The notes under the pieces: model-generated
The model's input: the letters and a program-made list of their open reading frames with translations, nothing else
Database searches by the model: none
What the model was told of the DNA's origin: nothing
In this document: positions 1 through 14,091 of the stretch, piece by piece
How the letters are laid out: each line of letters opens with the position of its first letter
Numbering within the stretch: the first letter of the stretch is position 1
Made by a program: the position numbers and the translations under genes
Assembly (NCBI GenBank): GCA_964016885.1
Contig: OZ024743.1
Span: 91,822,001 to 91,886,000 of the forward strand
Direction: 5' to 3'
DNA: 64,000 nt
Source of the DNA: Eledone cirrhosa
Lineage: Eukaryota

Positions 1-437
1 AAACGTAGCAATATTTACAATGCTGGTGTCGGTGTGAGGCGTTAGTTTGTGAGGAAGGAATGACTCTGAGTCATCCATGATTTTTCAAAGAAAAATTTTT
101 GTTTGATAATTATAAAAAGTTTAAATTTTGGGCTCAAGGCCCCAATATTTTTGAGAGTCCTTTTCAGAAATCAATGTATGTGCACTTATATACAGTTAAC
201 AATAAAAATTTTCCATAAATGGCAATTTTAAACAACTGAAAATAACAAACCTTTGCGGAGCTCACGATGATGCGATTTACTACGTAGGTCGCCAATAATA
301 ATAATAATAATAATACAATAATAGAAGCAAGGAAATATAAGGGATCCGTACAAGGTTATCCAAACAGGTACAAATGTATCCGACTATAAAATGTGTGTTT
401 GGAAGATAGAGCAAAATATGGAGAATAACGTTAAGAT

Positions 438-667
438 ATCTTTCTTTATTTGCCACAGGGGCGTACAAAAACAGGATGGCGGGGGTTTTACATAAAATGT
501 TTAACAATGATAAATAACAATAAACTATATAAAAATAAAATAATTGAAATCCCCAATAGGGGGGTAACGCTACTGCGGGGTTGTTTTACACTCCGTGGAT
601 AGAACAACCCTCAACACCAGGGACAGGTTTTGTAGGTGTTCCCGTCTTCCTTCTGTTTATCTTCCTC
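438..667 (-). mobile_element. 5'-truncated 3' UTR of the Tx1-type LINE family seen at 53.5-64 kb
   Basis: Reverse complement contains CCCCCTATTGGGGAT (as at ~56381-56395) and TTTTTGTACGCCCCTGTGGCAAATAAAGAAA (as at 63261-63291). The 5' end abuts (AGAT)n at 668-683. Confidence 0.8.
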
Positions 668-978
668 AGATAGATAGATAGATGTGTGTGTGTACATTAT
701 GTGGAGTCATTCATGTACAAATATTAATGTTTGAATGAAGAAAAGAAATGAAATGTCAAAATATAACAAAAAGAAACAAGAAACAAAGAATTCAAGACGT
801 TCACACACACATACTAATATACACACATGTGCATGCAATACACATACACACACATGTACACGCATACACATCCATACACATGCACACACATACACACACA
901 TGCATACACACGAATATGCACATACAAATATACACATGCACACTTCCTTTGATATGTATCAAATAATAACCTTTGTTA

Positions 979-1063
<85 letters not shown>

Positions 1064-1073
1064 TGCAGCAGAC

Positions 1074-1144
<71 letters not shown>

Positions 1145-1225
1145 TGCAGAAGAAGTAGTAGTAGTAGTAGTAATAGTAGTAGTAGTAGTAGTAGTTGCAG
1201 CAGAAGTAGTAGTAGTAGTTGCAGC

Positions 1226-1303
<78 letters not shown>

Positions 1304-1313
1304 TGCAGCAGAA
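979..1313. repeat. (GTA)n microsatellite with GTTGCAGCAGAA interruptions
   Basis: Seen directly; explains the poly-V and poly-Y ORFs. Confidence 0.95.
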
Positions 1314-1314
1314 G

Positions 1315-1625
1315 AAAGCTCGTGGTCTAGTGGTTAACACGTTGAACTCAGGATCATAAGATCCTGTTGTCAATTTTTGAACGGGGCTGGCATGTTGTTT
1401 TCTTCAGCCAAATTCTGTATTTTACGTTGTTCCTTCTTCGAGGAGTTACGATCAGCTGATAGTATCAGCAATGAAATGGAACTCCGTTGGTTTCAACGCT
1501 GTGTGCTACAGCTGTTCGATCAACAGAACAATATGCTCATGAAATTAACATGTAAATGGCTGACGCGTGCATTCTTAACATAATTCTCAAGGAGATTCAG
1601 TGTGACACAATGTGTGTCAAGGCTT
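1315..1625. mobile_element. Degenerate tRNA-headed SINE pieces (second SINE family)
   Basis: A-box-like CGTGGTCTAGTGGTTA at ~1321. 1470-1625 is the reverse complement of the sequence at ~47100-47245. Confidence 0.55.
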
Positions 1626-1829
1626 ACAGGTACAGCCCATCAGACGAGCTTGCAATCAATTTCAGTTGACACAACTGCTTCAGTTAGCGGAGAAATCTAC
1701 AAGTATGCAGCTGTGGTGAGCCGTATATATTCTAGTCACTAGAAAAAGAAAAATGAATACTTCACCTTCGAAAACGGGATGACTCGAGAAGAAGAAGCAT
1801 TTCAATATATTTTGCATTTCTGGAAGGAC

Positions 1830-2045
1830 GTGTGGATTGGCAGTATCGGTGGAGAGTCGTACAACATGCTTTATGGAAGAGAGTTACGGCCCTTTACGAT
1901 CTGAGTTCAAATCCTTCCGAGTTTAGCTTTGCCTTTCATCCTTACGGGGTCGATAAAATAAAGTACCAGTAATGCACTGGGATCGATTTAGTTGACTCTT
2001 CCCTCTCTCAAACTTGCTAACCTTTTACCTAAAACAGAAACCAAT
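1830..2045 (+). mobile_element. tRNA-derived SINE (main family)
   Basis: B-box GAGTTCAAATCC, core CTTTGCCTTTCATCCTTACGGGGTCGATAAAATAAAGTACCAGT, tail AGAAACC. Confidence 0.85.
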
Positions 2046-2748
2046 ATATGTTGCACTATTGACTGTTATAATTATAAATATCTGAAAGTAACTGTGTTGT
2101 TATGTGACTATGTATGAGAAAATATTTCTATTCTTTTACGTTTTTCTTATTACCCGCATGTATATTCCATTGTATATTTCGTTTTATCCATTTCATATTT
2201 TCATACAACCAGTAGCTCACCTAACATACGACATATTGAAAAACACTAGGTTTCGTATTTAATATACAAATAATTTGTTTAAAAAATAAATCAGTTTCAA
2301 ATATTAGAAACAAATTATTAGCTATTTTTAAAACCTTATTATTTCATTTTTATAGAAAAGTAATCATTGATTTAAAAACTAGCGAGTATCGGTAGGGTGT
2401 GGGAGGGGTGGGGGTCTGAGATACAGAAACGTCGTTGAATTAATTAATCTAACCTAAATGATAAAAACAGGCACCTAATTATTTTGCAGATTACCTAAGG
2501 CTACGTTGAAGTGTATGAAGTAATGTGAGCAGAGAAGAATATCTTAGCATACGCACGCATGTTGAAATACAACATCTACATGTAGGAGTGGGAGTGGGAG
2601 TCGAGGACGGAGATATGCCTACAACCCAGAATATTCCGGGGAAACACAAAGATTATTAAATCAACAATGATGACAATATATATATATATATATAGATATA
2701 AATGAAAATATAGAAATTATTGTGAGCAAGAAGCCAACAGTATTTCAT

Positions 2749-2929
2749 GGTGGATTGGCAGTATCGGTAGAGGGTCGGATGCCATGCTTTCCAGCATAGT
2801 TACGTCCCTTTACGATCTGAGTTCAAATCCCGCCGAGGTTGACTTTGTCTTTCATCCTTGCGGGGTCGATAAAATAAAGTACCAGTAATGCACTGGGTAA
2901 TTGCTGGCCTTGTGTCTAAAGTAGAAACA
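2749..2929 (+). mobile_element. tRNA-derived SINE with 10-bp target-site duplication (TSD)
   Basis: AGTATTTCAT at 2739-2748 and 2930-2939; empty site in the paralogue at ~28254-28263. Confidence 0.92.
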
Positions 2930-3137
2930 AGTATTTCATAATATATAAGTGACTATAACGTCAAAATGGAAAATAATTAACGTAAGATATGGGAAAATAA
3001 TTCAAACTCAATTAAAAAAAAATCAAGACAGATTTTATCCACAGATTTTGTGAAATCCAGGGGAAAACCAATAGAGCCTTAACTCTGAATCAAATAAAGC
3101 TTAAATACTCATCCTTCAATTTGGAAAAACTACAAAT

Positions 3138-3218
3138 GCTCTATATAGTCTTAAAAAGACTATTTCACGAAACTTTTCAGTGGGGATGCTCACGGTTGGA
3201 GTCGTTCATCAGTAGAGC
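3138..3218 (-). ncRNA. Type I hammerhead ribozyme with full stem III
   Basis: Minus strand reads GCTCTA-CTGATGA-ACGA...TCGT-GAAA-TAGTCTT(TTT)AAGACTA-TA|TAGAGC; all three stems pair and the core is intact. Confidence 0.88.
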
Positions 3219-3500
3219 TCAAACACGATAACCCTAAGCAACTGCCAGAATATGCCAAAAAGTGAATTTAAAAGAAGGCTAGTTCACCTCGTGCGGAATT
3301 ATAAAAATAAACACACATGGAGAGACATGGCTGGTGACGTCAGAATGAGACGAATGTCTATTTACAAGAAACAGCAGTCAAAAACATTCCGAAAAAACTC
3401 TACAAAATGTAAGTTCAGCAAAATAGCAATATTATCGCGTTTTTTTTAAAAAAAAGACCGGGATTAGTCACAAATAATATATATATATATATATATATAC

Positions 3501-3697
<197 letters not shown>

Positions 3698-3728
3698 GTA
3701 ATAATAATAAATTTGAAGACTAAAATCC

Positions 3729-3761
<33 letters not shown>

Positions 3762-3772
3762 TATACATATAT

Positions 3773-3800
<28 letters not shown>

Positions 3801-3803
<3 letters not shown>

Positions 3804-3999
3804 GGAACGAGTAGGACCCCGACGGCTGAGCTCAAGCCGTTTCGACGGCTAATTCTGAATTAGTCCAGAATTAGCCGTCGAAACGGCTTGAGCTCAGCCG
3901 TCGGGGTCCGACTCGTTCCTATTACCCACTCTACTACCCTAAGTATTGAGTACTTTGGTGAGTTATGGTCCACCTGGTTCCTTACCACATTTCCTTCGT
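3801..3999 (+). mobile_element. Fold-back PLE pLTR fragment
   Basis: Arms 3801-3857 and 3866-3922; centre TTTC-GACGGCTAATTCTG..CAGAATTAGCCGTC-GAAA; related copy at 33992-34190; in (TA)n. Confidence 0.7.
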
Positions 4000-4119
4000 T
4001 ATATATATATATATATTATATTACATTCAGAGTTATAAACTCAAACAGTCCTTTACAATTAATTAGCTCAAAGAAAGAAGCATTTCTTAGCCGAGAAATA
4101 CAAGTTAATATAAATTAAT

Positions 4120-4304
4120 TGTTTCTACTTTTGGCACAAGGCCAGCAATTACCCAGTGCATTACTGGTACTTTATTTTATCGACCCCGTAAGGATGAAAG
4201 GCAAAGTCAACCTCGGCGGGATTTGAACTCAGATCGTAAAGGGACGTAACTATGCTGGAAAGCATGGCGTCCGACCCTCTACCGATACTGCCAATCCACC
4301 GCCT
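4120..4304 (-). mobile_element. tRNA-derived SINE with 18-bp TSD
   Basis: AAGTTAATATAAATTAAT at 4102-4119 and 4305-4322. Confidence 0.92.
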
Positions 4305-4551
4305 AAGTTAATATAAATTAATATATGATAAACACAAAAGTGTTTGTATTGCAAAAGACGAAGTTAGCTAGAATGAAATAAACTAATTCAAATAAAATAT
4401 AGTTTGCCTGTCTCGATTTAAAATAATAAATCAATAAAAACAAACCCATATTGGCAAATAGCCGTAATACCTGGACAAATTTAAATTTCAAAATCCAAAC
4501 CTGTTATATATATGTATATATATATACATATATATATATATACATAGACAC

Positions 4552-4712
4552 ACTAGAAGAGGAAGACCAAGGTTAACATATGTTGATGCCCTAAGGACAG
4601 ACACTGGTCTGTTGGAAATGCAGGATATGGCAGCGATAATGAGGGACAGAGACCGCTGGAGAGAACTCGTCCATGGATCTCGGGAATTTTACCCGCCTTA
4701 GATAGATAGATA
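4552..4712 (+). mobile_element. RTE-like LINE 3' end
   Basis: Translates RRGRPRLTYVDALRTDTGLLEMQDMAAIMRDRDRWRELV..*, followed by (TAGA)n. Confidence 0.7.
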
Positions 4713-4771
4713 TATATATATAGTAATAATAATAAATTTGAAGACTAAAATCCATATATATATATATATAT

Positions 4772-5230
4772 AGTGACGAAACATAAGTCGATTGCATGAA
4801 CTCATAATCCTTTATTTACTGCTATATATATTTCGATGATAGCCATTGAATGGCTATGACCTCATCAGGCAGTTAGTCAGTTCTTAGATATGCCAGCTCT
4901 GTGTTTATAGTGTTGATGGTATCAGAGCCTTGGGACATATGAGCTTGTTAGGAATAATTTAATGTTGTCAGCAGAAATAGTCTTAATTCTCATTGGTCAG
5001 TTTGTAGATGCTAGTAGGGTTGGTATTTGACCTCAAAGAGGCAGGTGGTGTTGTAAAGTTCAAACCGTTCGGCAAGATGACAATAGTTCCATATGACTGA
5101 TTTTCACAAAAAGCATTCCTGGTCAGATATATATTCAATTGAGGTTAATAGTATGAAATAGATACTACAGGTCATTCTTAAATTGAGAAATCTATGTGGA
5201 GTGGTGCTACTGAAAATTATGGTTAGAGTA
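4772..5230 (-). mobile_element. PLE 3' remnant (pLTR)
   Basis: Minus-strand frame has ILPNGLNF, resembling a PLE GIY-YIG C-terminus, followed by an HHR and AATAAA. Confidence 0.65.
4818..4873 (-). ncRNA. Minimal type I hammerhead ribozyme
   Basis: ACTGC-CTGATGA-G-GTCATAGCCA(TTCAA)TGGCTATCATC-GAAA-TATATA-TA|GCAGT. Confidence 0.85.
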
Positions 5231-5720
5231 GAAAATTTACAAATAAAAAGACTTATGTAGGTTGGCTTGCACGTACACTCACACCGACCTCCACAGACAC
5301 ACCCACCTCCACACATACAAATTCAGGAATTAATGTGGGGTGGTAATACTTAAAATAATGGTTAGAGTCCAATACTTAGATAGTTTAGAAAATTTAGAAA
5401 TAAAAAGACTTATGTTGGTTGACTTGTACATACACTCACACCTACCCCCTCAGACACACACACATCTACACACACAAATCCATACAGGTGTGTATATATA
5501 TATATGTACGCACAAGTATATATATATATGTACGCACAAGTATATATATATATATATAATATATATATATATAAAACACATATATATATAAAATATATAT
5601 ACATATATATAAAATATATATATATATATAAAATATACATACATATAAAATACACATATATAAAATATACATACATATATATATATAAAATACACATATA
5701 CAGATATATATATATATAAT

Positions 5721-5778
<58 letters not shown>

Positions 5779-5822
5779 TAAAATACACATATATACACAT
5801 ATAAAATATATACATATATACA

Positions 5823-5861
<39 letters not shown>

Positions 5862-5867
<6 letters not shown>

Positions 5868-7612
5868 CAGGTTCAATAAAACGTGGTTTTGATGACTCCT
5901 AACCAGTAGAGGATCCGGTGGACCATCCACCATAGGGACCACAAAATTTGGGTGGTTGTTGTTGTCCATTGGTCATTGGTACGGGGTGTAGGGGACCTAC
6001 AGGGGGGGGGGCGTTGTGGGAAGCCTTAACCGGGGTTTATCCATATAGCTTGAGGAAAGTTCCCTTCCTTAGGTGTCTGCAGGCACCGAATAAGTCGGTC
6101 CTTCTGTTTAATAGCTTGGTTCCGCCATGAAGTATCTCGAGTGTCTCACTAAGACAGAGGTTGCAAATACCAGACCCGCCTCTGTCGGGGGGAACCTTTC
6201 TAACCACGGACCAGACCACTTTTTCAAGTTTGAGCTTCCAGATCAATTCAGAAAGGGCCGTACATTTCTTCTTATCTATTCTGTTAAAGGAATGGCAATG
6301 GCTATACCACCGTTCTTTGAAGCTCGTCGCTGTGGATCATATGTAGTGGTGCTCCGAGTTAGGGGTTGTGACCTTGCACCTGTAGACTACGTTTTTCGTT
6401 ATGCATTCATTACTAAGGGGGCATAGTGATGGGTCTCTGCAATTACATGACTTCTTAAACCCACCACATGTACCGCATGGTTACCATCACTCGGGGTTGG
6501 CTGGGTAGCCTCCGCAATCAGCACAGGGTCGTTCGGTTCCGGTGTGCTAGTTGGGCCTGTCCGGGTTCCGGTGCGTCCCGCGTGCTGGTTCTGTTGGGTG
6601 GCTCCGGGGTTTACCGTGGTATTAGAAGCAGTGAGCCTATTCCTATTTATGCCAGCTATGTGCTGGGCTACGGAGCGTGTGGTTGAGTAGGAAAGTTTCA
6701 CCGTGTGCCTGTTGAATATTTTATGGTACTTGTGGGCCCTAGGGAAACATTTATCTAGTACTCTAAAGAATGTTCTAGCCAGGCTGGTACGTAGACCCAT
6801 CGAGTACGGAGGGTTATACCATGTGACCTTCCTGGTCCTATTCTTGCGGGGTTGTTGGTGTCCACCGTGGTCCATCGCGTGGTTGTGCACAGCTCAGATC
6901 GAGCTCGGTTGGTGTCACTCAGGTGCGCGGAGCGGTCACTATCATGAGGGTTATATGGGCCCACCGTGGGGCTATAAACCTGTGAGGTGCGGCCTCCCTG
7001 CTCAATTAGGGTTCGGCGGGTGGTGGGGCCGGTGCAGGGGTGCCTATGCTCCGCACCACAGTGGTCTTCAGCGTTGTAGGTATTAGACCGGTGGGGTATG
7101 CGGGACCTTCTACCGGGGGTGGTCTGGAAGTGTTACTACTGGTCACCGAGGTATTAAGTGGGCGACTCATGCCCCTGAGGGTATTGGTCCGGGGTACCCT
7201 TGGGTCATCTCGATCATGTCCCTTAGGGTTGGAGCTGATCCTATGACTGTGGGACGCCTTAGCTAGAGCTGAGTTATAGTAATCAGCGTTACTATCGAAG
7301 ATCTCTTTATTGGCCGACAAGTTAGAGATCCTGTCAGAGACACTCTTAACTACGGCCTTAACTATAGATCTAGGGTGATTAGACCCAGCGTTGATATACA
7401 CCAGCTTCTCATTGGGTTTATGATATGGGTGGTGTAGCTTGGTGTTGAGGTTGAGGGTGGTGTCCAGGAAATTCACTACTTTTCTATTGGGTTCCATCTC
7501 TACTTTAAGTCGTACCTTGCTAAAGAAGTGCCTAATTCTCCTCTTCATATTTTCGACCATTGTGGTGGTGTGGTCCACTACGGTGAAGAGTGCGTCGTCT
7601 CGGTACATATAC
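5862..7612 (-). mobile_element. 5'-truncated Penelope-like element: RT C-terminus, linker, GIY-YIG endonuclease (disrupted)
   Basis: YRDD, NFLDTTLNL, YINAGSNHP (ORF 7006-7728); VTWYNPPYS..KIFNRHTVKLSYS (6399-6890); VVYRCKV..HYI and CNLCLSE..LLNRR..CRH (6037-6400). (TA)n on both sides. Confidence 0.88.
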
Positions 7613-7613
7613 A

Positions 7614-7696
<83 letters not shown>

Positions 7697-7701
<5 letters not shown>

Positions 7702-8599
7702 TGAAACAAAATGAAAACGAAATTTCATTTCTCACTCTTAGTATGGCACTTACTTAAATGTAAGTATGCATGTATACGTACATACATATATGTATACAGA
7801 CGTACAGTAGCATGCACATATATATATATATATACATATATACATACATATGCATACAGGTACACATACATATATGCACGTATCAGTTTAGCGGCGCTTA
7901 TTATAACGTCGCTTTGTTCGTTTGTAAACAAACTGAACAGCCTGAATTTATGCCATACGGTGTTAAGGCAACCACGTCACCTTTTTGTTCAACACTGACA
8001 CAGGAACGATGTACTAGTTTCAAGCTTGTTAGCTATCATCAGCACCGTTTACCCATCTGCCAGATAGTTGAACGTTCGAAAGTATATACTTTCCTTATGA
8101 AAATTAACGGCTGAGCAGCCTAATTTGCATATTCAGTGAGTTAAATCGGTCAGGCATACCGAAAACGATAAATTGAAACAAAATGAAACGAAATTTCATT
8201 TCTCACTCTTAGTATGGCACTTACTTAAATGTAAGTATGCATGTATACGTACATACATATATGTATACAGACGTACAGTAGCATGCACATATATATATAT
8301 ATATATATATACATATATACATACATTCGAGTATACAAACTAGTACATCGTTCCTGTGTCAGTGTTGAACAAAAAGGTGACGTGGTTGCCTTAACACCGT
8401 ATGGCATAAATTCAGGCTGTTCAGTTTGTTTACAAACGAACAAAGCGACGTTATAATAAGCGTCCGCTAAACTGATGCGTGCATATATGTATGTGTACCT
8501 GTATGCATATGTATATATATATGTATATATATATATATATGTGCATGCTACTGTACGTCTGTATACATATATGTATGTACGTATACATGCATACTTACA

Positions 8600-8600
<1 letters not shown>
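7697..8600 (-). mobile_element. HHR-bearing non-coding element with direct and inverted partial repeats
   Basis: 7697-7850 repeats directly at 8169-8325; 7759-8020 is inverted at 8337-8600. Confidence 0.75.
8005..8049 (-). ncRNA. Minimal type I hammerhead ribozyme
   Basis: AACGGTG-CTGATGA-TAGCT(AACA)AGCTT-GAAA-CTAG-TA|CATCGTT; palindromic ACTAGT stem III; first stem II pair mismatched. Confidence 0.82.
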
Positions 8601-9634
<1,034 letters not shown>

Positions 9635-9676
9635 TATACATTCATATATATATATATAGCTATTTCAGAGCACCAA

Positions 9677-9714
<38 letters not shown>

Positions 9715-9716
<2 letters not shown>

Positions 9717-10234
9717 CCAAGGTTTCTTGGTGAGGAGGGTGACTTTGGACATCCTGCAGGACTAAAAACAAAACCTGTCAAAGGGCAAAAAAGCTCTTAG
9801 GAGTCAATGGCCATCCAAAATCACCGGGAGAGATGACCCCTTAGCCTTTGTCAAGGCAGAATTCTAGGAGAAGGAAAACTCTGATATAACACCTGCAACC
9901 CTGATGGTATCCAATGATGTTGACTAGTTCTTCTTTTTGGTAAATATCATCTTGGTTAAGAGAGTGGGACTGGCTTTGTGCAGTGCCTTTGCTCACTATA
10001 AAAGCTTCACGGCACAGGCATTGCTTTATGTCTGGAGATCTCTCTGCACTTGTCGTCACATGGTACCATGGGCCCAGCACAATGTGTCAATAATTGTCAA
10101 AAGTGTAGTGTTTGTACCAGAGTTTTCAAGTCGCTGGCTGGACTAAAAAGTCACACTCGTTCAGCGCATCGGTAGGGGTTCTCCTACATGGATATAAAGT
10201 AGTGGCCGTACTCGAAAACGAGTTGGCAGCCACC

Positions 10235-10238
<4 letters not shown>
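9715..10238 (+). mobile_element. Non-autonomous RTE-derived element (5'UTR-like part plus 3' tail)
   Basis: CTAGGAGAAGGAAAACTCTG motif; near-identical copy at 41974-42385; related copy at 36160-36648. Confidence 0.65.
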
Positions 10239-10280
<42 letters not shown>

Positions 10281-10465
10281 TTAAGTATGCTATTTATGGT
10301 TATGCAAATAAAAAAACCTTTTGTAGTTATATATATTTTTATAAACCCTAAATAGTGGTAGGCAGTGATATAATACTACCTTATTACCAGTAAGTTAAAT
10401 AGCTCAATGTAATAACATCAGATGATTTACAGAGCAGTTATATGCATTTTAGTCTTCAAATTTAT

Positions 10466-10510
<45 letters not shown>

Positions 10511-10514
10511 CTTT

Positions 10515-10655
10515 GACACATAGTGTTACAGCCCTTTCCATTCTGAGTTCAAATCCCCCGAGGTCAACTTTGCCTTTCATCCTTACGGGGTCGATAAAAT
10601 AAAGTACCAACAATGTACTGGGTAATTGCTGGCCTTGTGCCTAAAGTAGAAACAA
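10515..10655 (+). mobile_element. 5'-truncated tRNA SINE
   Basis: Main SINE core and tail present. Confidence 0.85.
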
Positions 10656-10863
10656 TTATTATTATTATATATATATATATACATATGTCTACGTGCATGT
10701 GTGTGTATTTGTGTGTGTATCTGTGTGTGTATGTGTGTATGTGTGTTTGTATTTGTGTGTACGTGTGTATTTGTGTTTGTGTGTTTAAAGAATGATTTTG
10801 TAGTCTGCTTAATGAATTTGGGGAATATGTAGAAAACAGCATTTTAAAAGGCTACAGTAAATA

Positions 10864-11530
10864 TTCTTCTCTTCTTCTTCGCCCACTTATTCCTGAGAGG
10901 GGCTTGGGGTCAAGTCCTCAAACACTCTTTCGATCTGATCCTGCCAGAAGCAGCCGTCTCCAATTGCTCCAGCTGGATCCCCAAACGAGACTATCCAAGC
11001 TCATGGATGTTATCCAACCATTGTGCTCGGGATCTAATGCTGGCTCTCCTACCTGTAGGTCTCGCCCGTAAAATCTTTCCAGCGATTCTTTCCTTAGACA
11101 TTCTAACTACATAATATCGTAATCCAGAGTATCGGAGCCGTGGTCTCTCAATTCGGAAAAGTAGTAGCTCTACCTGAAGTGACTCTCTGATCTCCGAGCT
11201 ACGTACCCTATCGAGTAACGTTACTCCAAAGACCCTTCGGAGGAACCCCGTTTTGGCCGCTTGTATTCGTGATCGTATTTTTTCGGTCATTACCCAAGGT
11301 TCATGACCATACGTAAGGCTTGGCAGGAATACTGAATTGAAGACAGTGAGTTTGTCTTTAACACCCACCTCCCTTCTTTTGATTACCGAATGTTGAAGCT
11401 GGTACATTACTGAACCAGCTCCTGCAAGTTTTGAAATTGATTCAGCCTCCTGCCTTCCATCACTCATGAATACAGCCCTGAGATACTTGAACCTCTTCAC
11501 TTGCTTCAGTGAAACACGAGTTAGATGCAC
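10864..11530 (-). mobile_element. RTE LINE 3' fragment
   Basis: QVKRFKYL..LTYGHEPW..FLRR..DRVRSSEIR..WLDNI; (GAA)n tail. Confidence 0.88.
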
Positions 11531-11544
11531 GTTTGCTGTAGACC

Positions 11545-11990
11545 TGACATATTGTCGAAAACAAAATCCATGATATTATGACTGAAGTTATTTTAAGCAG
11601 CATAGTAACTAATGTGAAGATGTGTTTAGATTATTCTATCAAAGTTGAAGAAATGTCATCAACAGGAAGAGTCATTGTGTGCCTCAGATTCATCACTGAA
11701 GGAAAACTCATCGGGTTCTATGTAACGCCTGTTGAAGGAACTGTCTTCTATGAATTGTATTCGTGAAGTTAAAGCTGAAATTTGATAAAACAGAGTTGAA
11801 AGGTTTAGCCTATTCAAGATACAAAGAATGGTGTTGGAACATCCCGCACTGCCTTAGTAAACGTCTTTTCAACATTTTCAAGTTTAATCACGAACGACAC
11901 TCACTCTTTATTAGCTAAGAATCAAAGTCAACGGCAGAAACAATCTCAGCCGACATTTTAATGTCAAGTGTAACAAGGTGGTCCTGTAGA
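11545..11990 (+). pseudogene. Degraded hAT-type transposase remnant
   Basis: ENKIHDIMTEVILSSIVTNVK..YSIKVEEMS..VCLRF..GFY resembles the ZMYM1/PRKRIR-like hAT region around the first catalytic Asp. Confidence 0.55.
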
Positions 11991-12039
11991 CATTACTGTA
12001 GAACTATTACTTCATTTTGTATAGATATGATTTGATGTG

Positions 12040-12177
12040 CTGCTGGTGATGGCGGTGATGTTGATAACGATGATAACAATGAAGGGAAAGATGACGATGT
12101 TGTTGATAACAAAGATGATGATGATGATGATGATGTTGATGGTGATAATGAGAATGATGACGATATTGTTGATAGCA

Positions 12178-12216
<39 letters not shown>

Positions 12217-12263
12217 GTGATGGTGATGATGATGATGATGATATTGTTGTTGATGATGATGAT

Positions 12264-12295
<32 letters not shown>

Positions 12296-12548
12296 TGATG
12301 ATGATGATGATGACGATGATAATGATAACGATAGTGTTGATAACGATGAAATAATGATGATGATGATGATGGGGGAGTAGAAAGAGAAGGAAGAAGTGAA
12401 GAAGGAGAAGGATTTGTCTATTTAATGACAGCTTTTTCTTCTGTCGCCGTGCACCAGATGACTGTCATTTTCTCGTGCAGCAACACGACATGGAGGCAGT
12501 AATAACTGTAGAAAGGAGAGTAATAACTCTAATAATACTTATAGTGAT

Positions 12549-12600
<52 letters not shown>

Positions 12601-12677
12601 GCAACAACAACAGCAACAGCAAAAACAACAACTGCAACAACAACAACAACAACAACAATAACAAAAACAACAACTGC

Positions 12678-12726
<49 letters not shown>

Positions 12727-12866
12727 GCAACAACAACAACAACAACAACAACAGCAAAAACAACAACTGCAACAACAACAACAACAACAACAATAACAAA
12801 AACAACAACTGCAACAACAACAACAGCAATAACAGCAGCAGAAACAACAACTGCAACAACGACCTC

Positions 12867-12909
<43 letters not shown>

Positions 12910-13052
12910 GCAAAAACAACAACTGCAACAACAACAACAATAACAACAGCAACAACAGCAGCAGAAACAACAACAACTGCAACAACGACCTCAACAACAG
13001 CAGCAAAAACAACAACAACAACAAAAGCAACAATAGTAATAACGCCGCCACC

Positions 13053-13083
<31 letters not shown>

Positions 13084-13114
13084 CAACAGCAACGACAGTA
13101 ATAACGCCGCCACC

Positions 13115-13145
<31 letters not shown>

Positions 13146-14060
13146 CAAGAGCAACGACAGCAATAACGCCGCCACCCCACCACCAACCACCACCAACAAC
13201 AACAACAACGAAAAGTTAATTAACAAAAAATGACATTCAATTTTTTCTCCATCGTTAACAATTCCCTCTCTCTCCTTCTCCCCCTCTCTCCTCCTCTCTC
13301 CACCTCCCCCCTCTCCCTCTCCCCCTCTCTCTCCCCATCCCTTTCACTCTATTGCCCTTCCCTCTCTCTTACTCCTCTCTTTTACCCGTTTATCTCTTAC
13401 CCCTCTGTCTTACCTATCTCTCTCTTACCGCCCTCTCGCTTACCCAATGCTCAACCCCTCTCTCATTACCACAGCCCCTCCCTTTTACCCCTCTCTATTA
13501 CCACTTTCTCTCCCCCTCTCTCTCCCTCTCCCCATCTCTATTAAAAACCTATTCCACTCCCCCTTTTCTTACCCCCCCCCAATCTCTTCAATATTATTTC
13601 CCCTTTCTTCATGTATTTATTACTGCGTATCCGCCATCTTGTATTTCTAGATACATTGTCAACTGGATGTCTCATGACATTAATGTAACTTTTGTTGTTG
13701 TTGACGTGGTGGTGGTGGTGGTGGTGGTGGTGGTGGTGGTAGTGGTGGTGGTGGTGGTGGTGGTGGTGGTGGTGGTGGTGGTGGTGGTGGTGGTGGTGGT
13801 AGTGGTGGTGATGGTGGTGGTGGTGGTGGTGGTGGTAGTAGTGGTGGTGGTGGTGGTGGTGGTGGTGGTGGTGGCTGTGGTAGTGGTGGTGGTGGTGGTA
13901 ATAGTGGTGGTGGTGGTGGTGGCTGTGGTAGTGGTGGTAGTGGTGGTGGTGGTGGTGGTAGTGATGGTGGTGGTGGTGGTGGTGGTGGTGGTGGTGGCTG
14001 TGGTAGTGGTGGTAGTGGTGGTGGTGGTGGTGGTGGTGCTGGTGGTAGTGGTGGTGGTGG

Positions 14061-14091
<31 letters not shown>

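Larger units (their letters stand above)
2700..3480 (-). mobile_element. Non-coding PLE pseudo-LTR-like element with HHR, interrupted by a SINE
   Basis: Other copies at 17121-17260 and 28217-28491; bounded by (TA)n; HHR at 3138-3218. Confidence 0.7.

Noticed and set aside
5882-5942. HHR at the 3' end of the coding PLE
   Set aside because: TTGATGA is antisense to the ORF and no GAAA core follows.
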